64,000 nt of DNA from a candidate division WOR-3 bacterium (GTDB taxonomy: Bacteria; Hydrothermota; Tepidihabitantia; Tepidihabitantales; Tepidihabitantaceae): the NCBI GenBank assembly GCA_965649225.1, contig CBFGJX010000006.1:1-64000 (forward strand), read 5' to 3'. Both the position numbers and the translations under genes were made by a program. Shown in pieces: positions 29,403-41,265 of the stretch (the stretch's first letter is position 1; the number at the start of each line of letters is the position of its first letter). A model generated the notes under the pieces. It worked only from the letters and a program-made list of their open reading frames with translations. It did no database searches and had not been told where the DNA came from.

Positions 29403-30254
29403 CTAATCTGCTGTTCTTATTCTGTACGGCAACAACCAGCCATGAAAGTCGTAAGGACCGTCGGGAGAGTAAATCGTCCGGTAACTCAGAAGATCAAAAA
29501 TGGCGAACCGGACCGACGGCACCGCCGGTGCATGCCAGTTGCCGACAAACACTCCATTGCCCTGACTGGCAAAGGGCACCCGAATGTAAAAAGGCCACAA
29601 CAGTACGAAGGTGTGAAGAAAGGCCCTGCCGTTCATGGCATTGGTGTAGAGTGTCACCGTCATCTGCTCGCCTGGCGTAAAAGTGACCATTGTGTCGGCG
29701 TTGAAAAATGTGGCGAAAGGATCACGGACAATGATGTCGCGCAGCGAGCTGCGTATTCGCAGGCTGTCGATCGTTACGGTACGAGTTGACTCTGACTTAC
29801 CATTGACAAGGGATAACGCCGAAAGACGCCAGCCCCGCGTTGAGTCCGTACTTTCGCCGGTGCGGAAAAACACCGCCCGCAGGCTTACCCGCTCTACCAA
29901 TCGCTTCGTCCAGAGCTGAAGCGTGGTCTCCGGCGGAGCGGCAAGCACATGCAGAAATCCGTAGTTGTGCTGCGACCACTGCACAAAGCCGGAATCACCA
30001 CTGACCCAGACCTCAATTGCGGGCGCACTGTCATGCGTCTGAGCACTGCGCCACCACCAGACCAGTGTATCGCCATCGGCGAAGAAACCGCCCGTCGAAT
30101 CATGGCTGGTTGCAGCGGCAAAATGAACCGTGTCCCGTTCAACAAGCGCCCGAATCGCCGCCTTGTCAGCCTCAACATCCTGCTTTCTTCGGCACGAAGG
30201 CAACAGCAACCACGCACAAACCAACAGCCCGACCAAGAGCAGCATTCTCTTCAT
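29403..30254 (-). CDS. Hypothetical lipoprotein
   Basis: MKRMLLLVGLLVCAWLLLPSC lipobox; beta-rich mature part; AAGGGAG before ATG 30254. Confidence 0.75.
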   Translation of the reverse strand: MKRMLLLVGLLVCAWLLLPSCRRKQDVEADKAAIRALVERDTVHFAAATSHDSTGGFFADGDTLVWWWRSAQTHDSAPAIEVWVSGDSGFVQWSQHNYGFLHVLAAPPETTLQLWTKRLVERVSLRAVFFRTGESTDSTRGWRLSALSLVNGKSESTRTVTIDSLRIRSSLRDIIVRDPFATFFNADTMVTFTPGEQMTVTLYTNAMNGRAFLHTFVLLWPFYIRVPFASQGNGVFVGNWHAPAVPSVRFAIFDLLSYRTIYSPDGPYDFHGWLLPYRIRTAD

Positions 30255-30303
30255 CGCAACTCCCTTCATTCAGGTTACATCCCAGACCGGAAAGCGCTGT
30301 CTC

Positions 30304-32067
30304 TCAATGCTGAATCACAAGACGAAAAGTCCTGCCGGCGCCCTGAACCCGGACCATGTAAACTCCATCGGCTAACCCAACCACACCCAATCCGTCCTCC
30401 GCCCTTGCCAGCTTGCCCGAGCGAACCACTCGACCGGCTGCATCCAGTAATAAATACTGCACCGGACCGGTCAACCCCGCAAGAGAAGCCCGATATCGAG
30501 CGGGATTTGGTGATAACGAAACCGTGCCCGGCAACAGCTGCTGAAAGACTTCCTTCAAAACAGTTACGGTATCCCCGATCACAAATGCCCCGGGCGTAAC
30601 GGCTTGAACTGACTCGGGCAGACCGTACACGGTGTACCGAAGATGGCATTCTGAGCTGCGAACATCGCTGGGAACAACCCACTGATAGCGCCCATCGTTG
30701 CGAAGACTGTCAGCAATAACAACCCAAGGGCCATTTGGGCCCCGACTTGACAACTCGATTCGCACGCGGGTCGATTCAGCTCGCGGCACCGAGCTCCACC
30801 AGTCAACAAACTGCGCTGACCCTGCGGCAAAGCGCTCACCCCCGCGCGGGAAGACAGGAAAAATCGAAAGGCTGTCACGTAGGATCGACTCACGGAATGC
30901 ATGAGCCACATTGATATCATTCGGCCAACTGCCTTCCCGTGCCCACAACACAATGTCCGGACGGCCGTTGTGATCAAAGTCGGCACCGGTGCGCAACGCG
31001 GCGTAGGTGCCAGGCGAAGGCGTTGTAAACGCGGCAGCTTCAGCCCAGTTTCCCATCCCATCGCCACACCAGATCCGAAGCTGCCCGCGCCCGAAAGCCA
31101 GCAGGTCGGCAAATCCGTCGGCGTCCATATCGCAGAGTGCCGTGGCCTGATAGGGACCAGTGACAGGAAGGCTACCGGTAAACGACCGCCAGAGCTGGAT
31201 ACCATCGTCCCAGACATAAACTGCAACTCCGCCGTTGGAATTCGCGAAAGCGACGTCACAACCGCCATCCCCATCGACGTCTCCTGCCGATAGCCCGGCC
31301 AGCCCGAAGGGTGAAGATGGCAGCCCCTGACCCGCCGGCAAGAAACTACCTGTGCCATCACCGAACCATACGCTGCCCGTACCGTGGGCGGCAATGATAT
31401 CGGCATTACCATCGCGATTGACGTCACGGAAATAGAATTCCATCTGCGAATTACCGCCCAGGAAACCGAAGGAGCGACGCCAGACTCCATTGCCGAGATT
31501 GAGATAGACGTGCAGACCATCGTCGGCACCGAATGATATCGACCCGATGTCGAGGTCGCCATCATTATCAACGTCGGCCATATCGGTTGCAAACATCCCC
31601 CAGTCCTGGCCTTCAATTGCCAGGCTGTCGTCGAACGGCAACCAGACACGTCCGGTCCCGTCCCCCAAGGCAGTTTCGACCAGTTGATCGCCAAGGTCAT
31701 CGGTCGAGTAGTTATGATGCATTCCGTACGCAACATCTGCGAAGCCGTCGTTGTTGACATCCCCGACTGCAACACCGCCATAGCCAAAGTTACCGTACTG
31801 CTGCAAAAACCAGCTGCCATCACCGTTACCAAACCAGACCATCACACCGTGTTCCTGTGTATTGATATAGGGACTGCCGTGGTCACCGATCGAGATTATG
31901 TCAATGTTACCGTCGTCATTGACATCAGCCAGCTCCAGCTCACTCCGTCCACCATCCAGACGCGGGTTGTCTCGAAACCCGTTCGAACTCTCAAGATAGC
32001 CGAGTCGGGCGAAAACCAAGCCCGGCAGCAGACAAAACCAGACGGCTGTCCAAGCGTCGAACTTCAC
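30304..32067 (-). CDS. Secreted FG-GAP/VCBS-repeat protein with T9SS-type C-terminal domain
   Basis: About 7 D(V/M/F)(N/D)xDG..D repeats; VFPRGGERF Ig-like domain; C-terminal SPNPA..GVYMVRV..FRLVIQH; GTG 32067 overlaps the upstream stop. Confidence 0.85.
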   Translation of the reverse strand: MKFDAWTAVWFCLLPGLVFARLGYLESSNGFRDNPRLDGGRSELELADVNDDGNIDIISIGDHGSPYINTQEHGVMVWFGNGDGSWFLQQYGNFGYGGVAVGDVNNDGFADVAYGMHHNYSTDDLGDQLVETALGDGTGRVWLPFDDSLAIEGQDWGMFATDMADVDNDGDLDIGSISFGADDGLHVYLNLGNGVWRRSFGFLGGNSQMEFYFRDVNRDGNADIIAAHGTGSVWFGDGTGSFLPAGQGLPSSPFGLAGLSAGDVDGDGGCDVAFANSNGGVAVYVWDDGIQLWRSFTGSLPVTGPYQATALCDMDADGFADLLAFGRGQLRIWCGDGMGNWAEAAAFTTPSPGTYAALRTGADFDHNGRPDIVLWAREGSWPNDINVAHAFRESILRDSLSIFPVFPRGGERFAAGSAQFVDWWSSVPRAESTRVRIELSSRGPNGPWVVIADSLRNDGRYQWVVPSDVRSSECHLRYTVYGLPESVQAVTPGAFVIGDTVTVLKEVFQQLLPGTVSLSPNPARYRASLAGLTGPVQYLLLDAAGRVVRSGKLARAEDGLGVVGLADGVYMVRVQGAGRTFRLVIQH

Positions 32068-33002
32068 GTTCGCCGCAAAACCGAAGGCAGACGGAAATCG
32101 GCCCAGACTGGAGCGTGGTCGGAACGGGGATAGCCCTGACCGGGCTCCCAACGGGTCCGTACCGCCGCCTCGATCAGCTGGTTTTCGGCGCCAGCGGCAA
32201 TCATGCAGAGCGAAAGCCGCTGACTGACGAGGATGTGGTCGATCAACTCACGCCGACCGCGCCGGACGTAAGAGAAAGCTCGCTCAACCGGTAGTTTCCA
32301 CGATGCTGGTAGCAGCCGTCGCCGTTCGCCGACAACACCCTCGCCATCCTCTTCGCCCAGACCGGTCACAAAGCTGACAGTAAGCGACTCCGGACCGGCA
32401 TTGTAGTCACCGGCAACCGCGAAGTGATCGGCGAAACCTGAGTCCATCAGTTCATCCAGCAGCAACCGCAACCCGGCAGCCTCCATCAATCGGATCGCAG
32501 CCGAAACCGCCCGACCGAGAACATGCTGCTGGCGCGCGGACACGTCCGGCAGAAAGCAACCGGATTCTGCCCGACGTGACTTCAGATGAACTCCAAGGAC
32601 GAACAGGGTTTCGTCATTGGGCAGCCGCAATTTCGCCCAGGGCATCGGGCGGCGGAACGGCGTCCGCATCAGCTTCCCAGGCTCGGCGACACTGGTGGTG
32701 GTGTACTCAAGCCACTGTCCGGCACAAAGCACCGGCAGTCTTGTCAATATTCCAACCTGTATACGGCGCTGTTCAGCCGGAGGATCCGCAAGGTGGTAAG
32801 TCGGATAGCCGAGTCGCTCAACAAGTTCGCGGAAACTCTCGGGCTCGCGGACCTCATTTACAACAACTACATCGCCGTCAAGACGCTCAAGGACATCTGC
32901 CAAGTAGTCCAGCTTTGACTCGTAGACACCGGCGTTGGGATTGTCTTCGCGGCCAAAATTATGCAGGTTGAATGAAACGATCCGGAAGGGGTGGCTCGAC
33001 AA
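32064..33002 (-). CDS. Endonuclease/exonuclease/phosphatase family protein
   Basis: SFNLHN, NEV, HLKS, GDYN, IDHIL, SDHAPV. Confidence 0.9.
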   Translation of the reverse strand: MSSHPFRIVSFNLHNFGREDNPNAGVYESKLDYLADVLERLDGDVVVVNEVREPESFRELVERLGYPTYHLADPPAEQRRIQVGILTRLPVLCAGQWLEYTTTSVAEPGKLMRTPFRRPMPWAKLRLPNDETLFVLGVHLKSRRAESGCFLPDVSARQQHVLGRAVSAAIRLMEAAGLRLLLDELMDSGFADHFAVAGDYNAGPESLTVSFVTGLGEEDGEGVVGERRRLLPASWKLPVERAFSYVRRGRRELIDHILVSQRLSLCMIAAGAENQLIEAAVRTRWEPGQGYPRSDHAPVWADFRLPSVLRRT

Positions 33003-33046
33003 CGTCCTGCTCTCCAGCTAACTCTATCGTCAGATTCGCTGCCCTG

Positions 33047-33409
33047 TCAAGAAGCGCTGCCGGCGCGACCGCGTCGCACCAGAACCAGCTCCTTTCGACT
33101 CTTGTCCGGTTGATAGAATCTCACTACCGGCAGCAGACGATCCGCAAAAAGCAGGAGAATACCAAGACCGAGCACCACCCGTCTGAGCCACAGGAAACCA
33201 ACGCTTTCCCAGGCCGCTATGCGGAACGGATTGGCCCAGAGCAATACTGCGCCTGCCAGAATCAGATAGACGGCAATGTTCGCCCCGGTACGCAACCGGT
33301 CAAACAGTCTGACCCGTGATTCAACACCCGGGTCGGCGACGACAATCTCATCAGCACCAGCCTTGACCGCAGCCTGCAGCTCCTGCATCGAGTGAACCGT
33401 TGTGGTCAT
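33047..33409 (-). CDS. Hypothetical two-TM membrane protein
   Basis: ATG overlaps the thyX stop (ATGA); two hydrophobic segments. Confidence 0.65.
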   Translation of the reverse strand: MTTTVHSMQELQAAVKAGADEIVVADPGVESRVRLFDRLRTGANIAVYLILAGAVLLWANPFRIAAWESVGFLWLRRVVLGLGILLLFADRLLPVVRFYQPDKSRKELVLVRRGRAGSAS

Positions 33410-34965
33410 TTTTTCGCTCCGGAGGTACTGTCTGATGATGTCGTTCGCCGCGTTGCCCTGATTGACCGCGGGCCGGGCAACTTCAGCTCCACTACCGCCG
33501 GCGGGTGCCCGTACAACTCGGTATACAGCCTCGGGTACTCATCCTTCCCCCCAGCCAGCAACAATGCCAGCGGCATAACGTGACGGGCCTGTTCGACCAT
33601 CCGCCCGACAACATCGCGGATGTCCCACTGGGCAGAGCGGTCTTCACGCAGCCGTGACAGATGATACATCTCACGGGCGTTCAATGTTACCACTAACCGC
33701 CGCTGGTGTGAATTGGTCAGCACGTACTGCGCCGCAGCACCACTGATTGTCGCCAGCTTGTCATAGACTTCCTCAGTACGCAACAGCAGGTCCTTGAACG
33801 TTTTATGCTCCTTGATGTCGGCAATGGAATTGGGAATCGTCCAGCCCTGATCGGGATTGTAAGACTGCGCTGTGATCGTCAACAGCCGGTGCCGTTTGAG
33901 CTGAGCAAAACACGACGCCGAAACGACGAGTTCGAATGTCAACGACAGATGTTCGAACTCCCGCAGTACCGCATCATAAGCCTGCAGGTCCTGACAGATC
34001 AGCTTGAAAATCTCCTTCTTGCGGGCAAGCGTCTGACGTTCGACCCGGGCAAGGCATTCAGCATAAGAAGCACGCGAGACAGTATGCATTACCGCTGCCA
34101 GCAGTTTATTGTCGGCATTCTGGGTATAATCAACCAGCTGGACGTCCGACGCCGACAGGGCAATGAAATTACGCGGACGCCGGGTGAAAGCCGGCATCAT
34201 GAAGGAAGCAGCGTATTCCCGCACCCGCGGGTAGGTCTTGCGTTCGTAGTCTGTCGGCCCCAGAAACACCAGCAGTGACGGTGCGACGGCGGCAACCTCG
34301 CGATAAAGCTCATCGCCCAGAGCCCGGGCCTCCCGCAGGTCTGACGCCGCCAGCCGGCGCAGCAACAGCTCGAGATTGCGCGCGTTGATTGTCATGCCAA
34401 GCTGGGTCGCCGCCGACAATCCGACAATATAGCGCGCGTCCTCCTTCGCCATGTTCCTTATCCGCGTCTCATCGGCAGACAATTCCGGATGGCGCGAACG
34501 GAAATAGGGCAGCAGCTTCTCGTACAGCTCGTGGTAATAACTGATCTGTGCCTTCGCCACCGACAGGAACTCATCACGGTAGTCGGATTCGGCAATCTCC
34601 GGCGGCACGACGACGTTACCGTCGCAATCAACATAACGCTGGGACCGCTCGGTGTAGGAATTCAGCCGGTGGTGCTCCAGAGCCTCAGCGACGAGCCGCG
34701 AAATGCCGACTACGTCAAAGTTGAACACGGCATGCTCGGCAATCGAGTGGTGTCCCATGCCAAACACGATCGTCAAGTTCGAACGACGTGCCTGCTCGAG
34801 CTCGCGGCGCGCTTCACGTCTGAGGTCCTCGGTGCTCAGCTCCGACCGGCTGATGCGGGCGTAAGCCGCAGCGATAGTCTCAGGTGTCGGCACTACCCGC
34901 TTGTTTTTCGTCATTGTCCGGAGCAGATCGTGCTCGACGTTGAATCCGGCCAGCGTTACCTTCAT
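33406..34965 (-). CDS. thyX: Flavin-dependent thymidylate synthase, tandem two-domain form
   Basis: Domain 1: GHHSIAEH, HHRLNSYTERSQRY, EDARY, NARNL. Domain 2: REFEH, QLKRHR, NAREMYH..LR...AQWDIR. Start ATG 34965 fits TTGACT-16-TATGCT-7. Confidence 0.9.
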   Translation of the reverse strand: MKVTLAGFNVEHDLLRTMTKNKRVVPTPETIAAAYARISRSELSTEDLRREARRELEQARRSNLTIVFGMGHHSIAEHAVFNFDVVGISRLVAEALEHHRLNSYTERSQRYVDCDGNVVVPPEIAESDYRDEFLSVAKAQISYYHELYEKLLPYFRSRHPELSADETRIRNMAKEDARYIVGLSAATQLGMTINARNLELLLRRLAASDLREARALGDELYREVAAVAPSLLVFLGPTDYERKTYPRVREYAASFMMPAFTRRPRNFIALSASDVQLVDYTQNADNKLLAAVMHTVSRASYAECLARVERQTLARKKEIFKLICQDLQAYDAVLREFEHLSLTFELVVSASCFAQLKRHRLLTITAQSYNPDQGWTIPNSIADIKEHKTFKDLLLRTEEVYDKLATISGAAAQYVLTNSHQRRLVVTLNAREMYHLSRLREDRSAQWDIRDVVGRMVEQARHVMPLALLLAGGKDEYPRLYTELYGHPPAVVELKLPGPRSIRATRRTTSSDSTSGAKK

Positions 34966-34996
34966 GTTGGCAAGCATATTGTGCACCCCGAGCAAG

Positions 34997-35869
34997 TCAA
35001 GCGACCGGGAACGCTGCGTCAACCACGGCCTGCTGAACTGGCGACAGTTGCTCAACCAGCCCAAGCATCCGCTTGATCATGAGCGCATTGCGGGCGGCGG
35101 CTCCGGCATGACAATTGTTGAAGAAAACGAAACCGCCGGCAGCTTTGCTGAGTTCTTTTATCGCCGGAACAAAACCGGCCAGTTCATCGTGGCGATAGAG
35201 GTAATTGTAGCGTTCCGCCCGCCCTGCCGTGAACCAGTTCGGATTGCGCCCGTGCAATCGGAAGTAGGCTGGTCCGACAGTGCGTCGCGGTTCGAAAGGG
35301 ACAAGCCGGGGCAAGGGTGGTTCATCAACCACACAATAGCCCAGCCCGGCATGGGACAGCAACTCGAAAGTCTGAGGCTTCAGCCAGGCCCGATTCCTAA
35401 ACTCAACTACCAACTGCACATCGGGCAATAGTTCCGCGAGCCGACGAACGTACTCGTAATTGGCAGGTGTCGGCCAGAAAAAAGACGGCAGCTGCACGAG
35501 CACAGCGCCCAGCCGCTTGGCGTCAACTAAGGGAGCAATCCCCTGCCGGAAAGTCCCGAACTCCAGACTGGTGTCTTTCAGTACCCGGCGTTGGCTGTCC
35601 GCCCAGATGTCGTGCGTCATTGATCTGTGAGAGCGTACAACAAACCTGAAGCCGGGGCTCGTACGATTAACCATCGCGGCAAGCGTCCGGGCAACGGGCA
35701 TGGTATAGTAGGTGAAGTTCAACTCGACCGCATTGAACCCCAGGACCGACTCGTAGTACTCAAGCATGCGACCCCGAGGAAGTCCAACCGGATACACCCG
35801 GCCGTACCAGTCTTGAAACGAGAAACCGCTCGTGCCGACCAGAATACTGGCCGGACTGTCCGATGCCAC
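34997..35869 (-). CDS. DUF72 (YecE-like) protein
   Basis: VGTSGFSFQDW, VELNFTYY, QLPSFF, VEFRN, YFRLHGRN, FFNN; GTG 35869 fits TTGACG-16-TATGCT-5. Confidence 0.92.
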   Translation of the reverse strand: MASDSPASILVGTSGFSFQDWYGRVYPVGLPRGRMLEYYESVLGFNAVELNFTYYTMPVARTLAAMVNRTSPGFRFVVRSHRSMTHDIWADSQRRVLKDTSLEFGTFRQGIAPLVDAKRLGAVLVQLPSFFWPTPANYEYVRRLAELLPDVQLVVEFRNRAWLKPQTFELLSHAGLGYCVVDEPPLPRLVPFEPRRTVGPAYFRLHGRNPNWFTAGRAERYNYLYRHDELAGFVPAIKELSKAAGGFVFFNNCHAGAAARNALMIKRMLGLVEQLSPVQQAVVDAAFPVA

Positions 35870-35936
35870 GTCCGAGCATAAACCACAGGACGTCAGCGTC
35901 AAACAAATAATACTGTTAATGGAAGTGCCTTGTGAC

Positions 35937-36013
35937 AAAATGGCGGGGCGGGACTTTGTCACGCCGTAGGTGAGCGTGGCGAAAGCCCCGACCCCTAGTC
36001 AACACTCTCGAAC
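35937..36013 (-). ncRNA. Candidate small RNA (long hairpin ending in GCCA, then a T run)
   Basis: Near-consensus promoter TTGACC(36043-36048)-17-TATAAT(36020-36025) with extended TG; 55-nt hairpin at 35941-35995; no ORF. Confidence 0.4.
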
Positions 36014-36159
36014 ACAAAAATTATAGCAGAAAATCGCCGCAAGGTCAAAAGAGACGGTCCGCTTGTACGACGGAAGGAGAACAGTTTCTGCGGCGATGAA
36101 AAAGGTAACGACAAAGCCGCACCAAACCGAACGGATTCTTATGGAGCCCCGGTCAGGAA

Positions 36160-38366
<2,207 letters not shown>

Positions 38367-38385
38367 CAGTTGCTCTTCTCTGTTC

Positions 38386-38459
38386 TACCCCTGAGGCGAT
38401 TCGAACGCCTGACCTGCGGTTTAGGAAACCGCCGCTCTATCCTGCTGAGCTACAGGGGC
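38386..38459 (-). tRNA. tRNA-Arg(CCT)
   Basis: GCCCCTGTAGCTCAGCAGGATAGAGCGGCGGTTTCCTAAACCGCAGGTCAGGCGTTCGAATCGCCTCAGGGGTA folds as a cloverleaf; anticodon CCT; CCA not encoded. Confidence 0.95.
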
Positions 38460-38469
38460 CTTGTCGGTC

Positions 38470-38497
38470 ATTGTAAACCCTGTCCCGACCGAGTCAA
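38470..38497 (-). promoter_or_regulatory. tRNA promoter TTGACT-16-TACAAT; -35 contains the ATPase stop codon
   Basis: -35 at 38492-38497, -10 at 38470-38475, 10 nt before the tRNA. Confidence 0.7.
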
Positions 38498-41244
38498 GCC
38501 GGCCGGTTTGCCTGGCGCCGACCGGCCAGCCGGCGACCGAGCTTCGCCAATTCAGTCGCCCAGAAAACGACCGTACTGGCCGCCAGGCAAATGCCTAGCT
38601 CGACCGGCGAGAGTGGCTTCGTATAGAAAACTCGCTGCAGGAAAGGAACATAGGTAACCAGCAGCTGCAGTACGAGTGTCAGCAGAACCGCCACGGCCAG
38701 CAGCCGGTTGTTCTTTCTTCCACGCGCGAAAAAGGAATCGTGTTCCGAGCGCATCGCCAGAACGTTACCCATCTGGCTCAGCGTCAAAGTCGTAAACACC
38801 ATCGTCTGCCACGGCCCATCCGGATTGGCCAGCCAGGCGGTAAACCCTATCGCCAGCGAAACTAGCCCCATCAATAGGCCAACCCAGACAACATCCACCG
38901 CCAGACCCCGGCCAAAGATGTTCTCGGCCGGATGGCGCGGCGGCCGCCGCATCGTATCCCGCTCGGCCGGTTCCACCGTCAACGCCAGTCCGGGCAGGCC
39001 GTCGGTAACAAGATTTACCCAGAGAATCTGCACCGGCAGCAATGCCATCGGCATACCGAGAAAAGGTGACAACAGCATGACCCAGATTTCACCGGCATTG
39101 GACGTCAGAGTGTACTTGAGAAACTTGCGGATATTGTCGTAGATGACACGTCCTTCCTCGACCGCCGCAACAATCGTGGCGAAGTTATCGTCAAGCAGAA
39201 CCATGTCAGCAGCCTCCTTGGAAACGTCGGTGCCGGTTATGCCCATCGCGACACCAATATCGGCCCGCCGCAGCGCCGGAGCATCGTTAACACCATCACC
39301 GGTCATTGCTACAACATGGCCGCGTTGCTGTAGTGCTTCAACAATCGCCAGTTTCTGCTCCGGTGCCACGCGGGCGTACACCGATGCTTCCTCAACGAGC
39401 TCGGTCAGTTGCTCCCGCTCTCGTGCTGCCAGATCACTGCCGGTCAGCACCCTGTCCTCGACTCCGGCAATTCCCAGCTTCACCGCAATCGCACGGGCTG
39501 TCAAAGGATGGTCGCCGGTGATCATCAACGGCCTGACGCCGGCCGCGCGGCAGGTCTCGACAGCCGCTCTTGCCTCCGGTCGTGCCGGGTCAATCATCGC
39601 CACCAGACCGACAAATACCAGCCCCCCGGAGCGATCTGCCTCGGTGACATCAGAATCAGGGCTCAACGGCTGGATACCGATACCCAGAACCCGCATACCA
39701 CTGCGGGCGAGCTCATCCTGCGCCGCCTCAATCCGCCGACGCATCGCATCGGTCATTGGCACGATGCATCGTCCGTCCAGCGCCTGTGTCGAGTGCTCCA
39801 GCAGAGCATCAACCGCACCTTTGGTAATTGCCGCGACCGGCGGGTTCAGCCCGACTGCTGCCAGCGCAGCACCGAGCCGGCCGCCAACCATGTGCATCGT
39901 TGTCATCCGCCGTCGCTCCGGGCTGAAAGGCACCTCCGCCAGTCGGGGCGACTGCTTTTCAAGCTCAGGCTTAGGCAGCCCGAAGCGTGCTGCCGCCACC
40001 ACCAATGCACCTTCAGTCGGATCGCCAATTGCCCGATGTCGACCATCCGACCCGACTTCCAGCTGCGCATCGTTACACAATGCCCCACCGGCCAGCACAA
40101 TCTGCAACCCGGGCAAATCTACAGTTGCAGCCGCCAGCTCGTCAGCCGTCGTCTCCGGCGTAACCTCTACCCGGTGTCCCGCTACATCAAGCACGGTGAC
40201 GGTCATCCGGTTCTCGGTCAACGTGCCGGTCTTGTCCGAGCAAATCACGTCAACCGACCCTAGCGTCTCGACTGCCGGTAGTTTTCGCATCAGTGCCCGA
40301 CGCCCAAGCATCCGTTGTGCACCAAGTGCCAGGGCAATGGTAATGACGGCCGGCAGCGCCTCCGGCACTGCCGCGACCGCCATACTGATCGCCGTGAGCA
40401 CGAGCGTGCGGACACCGGCCGCACGACTGAGCAAGCCAACGACAAAGACGACAGCAACGAGACCGACTACTGCCAGCAGCAGCCCCCGGCTGAGCTGAGC
40501 CATCCGGCGCTGCAACGGGGTCGGTTCCCGGTCAACCGACTGCAGCAGATCGGCAATACGCCCGAGTTCGGTTCTCATCCCGGTTTCTGTCACTACCAGC
40601 AGCCCGCGACCGGCAACGACCGCTGTCCCCATGTACGCCATGTTACGGCGATCACCCAGCGCAGTATCGCCTTCGGTCATCGCCTCCACGGTCTTGTCCA
40701 CCGGCTCCGATTCGCCGGTCAATGCCGCTTCCTGTATCCGCAGATTCACTGCTTCAAGCAACCGACCGTCGGCCGGCACAAGACAACCGGCCTCAAGCAG
40801 CACGATGTCGCCGGGTACGAGTTCGTGTGCCGGCAGCTCGGTAATCCGGCCGGATCGCAACACCCGCACCAGAGGAACGGCGAGCCGTCTCAGCGCCTGC
40901 AATGCCCGCTCAGCCCGGAATTCCTGAAAAAAACCCAGCACCGCGTTCAGGACGACGATGGCAAATATCACTCCCGCATCGGTGTACTCACCGAGCAGCA
41001 ACGAGACGATTCCAGCACCCACGAGCAGCAGTACCATCGCCGACAACAACTGGTCACGGATGATCGCCCAGGCAGTACGGCCACCCCGGTCAATCAGCGC
41101 ATTCGGGCCGAACTGCCGCAGACGTTCACGAACTTCTTCCGGTTCAAGTCCACCTGCCCGACTGGCCAGTTCAGCCAGCGTCGCTTCGCCCGAAAGCAGA
41201 TGCCAGCGGGCCGCTGGCGTGGGCCGGTTTTCGATTTGTTTCAC
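38494..41244 (-). CDS. Cation-translocating P-type ATPase (type IIA, Ca2+-like)
   Basis: LTGES, AVPEALP, CSDKTGTLT, MITGDH, MTGDGVNDAP, SNAGE, WVNLVTDGLP. Confidence 0.96.
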   Translation of the reverse strand: MKQIENRPTPAARWHLLSGEATLAELASRAGGLEPEEVRERLRQFGPNALIDRGGRTAWAIIRDQLLSAMVLLLVGAGIVSLLLGEYTDAGVIFAIVVLNAVLGFFQEFRAERALQALRRLAVPLVRVLRSGRITELPAHELVPGDIVLLEAGCLVPADGRLLEAVNLRIQEAALTGESEPVDKTVEAMTEGDTALGDRRNMAYMGTAVVAGRGLLVVTETGMRTELGRIADLLQSVDREPTPLQRRMAQLSRGLLLAVVGLVAVVFVVGLLSRAAGVRTLVLTAISMAVAAVPEALPAVITIALALGAQRMLGRRALMRKLPAVETLGSVDVICSDKTGTLTENRMTVTVLDVAGHRVEVTPETTADELAAATVDLPGLQIVLAGGALCNDAQLEVGSDGRHRAIGDPTEGALVVAAARFGLPKPELEKQSPRLAEVPFSPERRRMTTMHMVGGRLGAALAAVGLNPPVAAITKGAVDALLEHSTQALDGRCIVPMTDAMRRRIEAAQDELARSGMRVLGIGIQPLSPDSDVTEADRSGGLVFVGLVAMIDPARPEARAAVETCRAAGVRPLMITGDHPLTARAIAVKLGIAGVEDRVLTGSDLAAREREQLTELVEEASVYARVAPEQKLAIVEALQQRGHVVAMTGDGVNDAPALRRADIGVAMGITGTDVSKEAADMVLLDDNFATIVAAVEEGRVIYDNIRKFLKYTLTSNAGEIWVMLLSPFLGMPMALLPVQILWVNLVTDGLPGLALTVEPAERDTMRRPPRHPAENIFGRGLAVDVVWVGLLMGLVSLAIGFTAWLANPDGPWQTMVFTTLTLSQMGNVLAMRSEHDSFFARGRKNNRLLAVAVLLTLVLQLLVTYVPFLQRVFYTKPLSPVELGICLAASTVVFWATELAKLGRRLAGRRQANRPA

Positions 41245-41265
41245 GCTGTCGGGACAGCGGGCAGG

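Noticed and set aside
30579..31832. 417-aa alternative-frame ORF inside the FG-GAP gene
   Set aside because: No motifs; its Met/Thr/Ser pattern is the shifted reading of Asp/Gly repeats.
38386..38459. tRNA as a prophage or island attachment site
   Set aside because: No integrase and no duplicated tRNA 3' end seen; both flanks are housekeeping genes.
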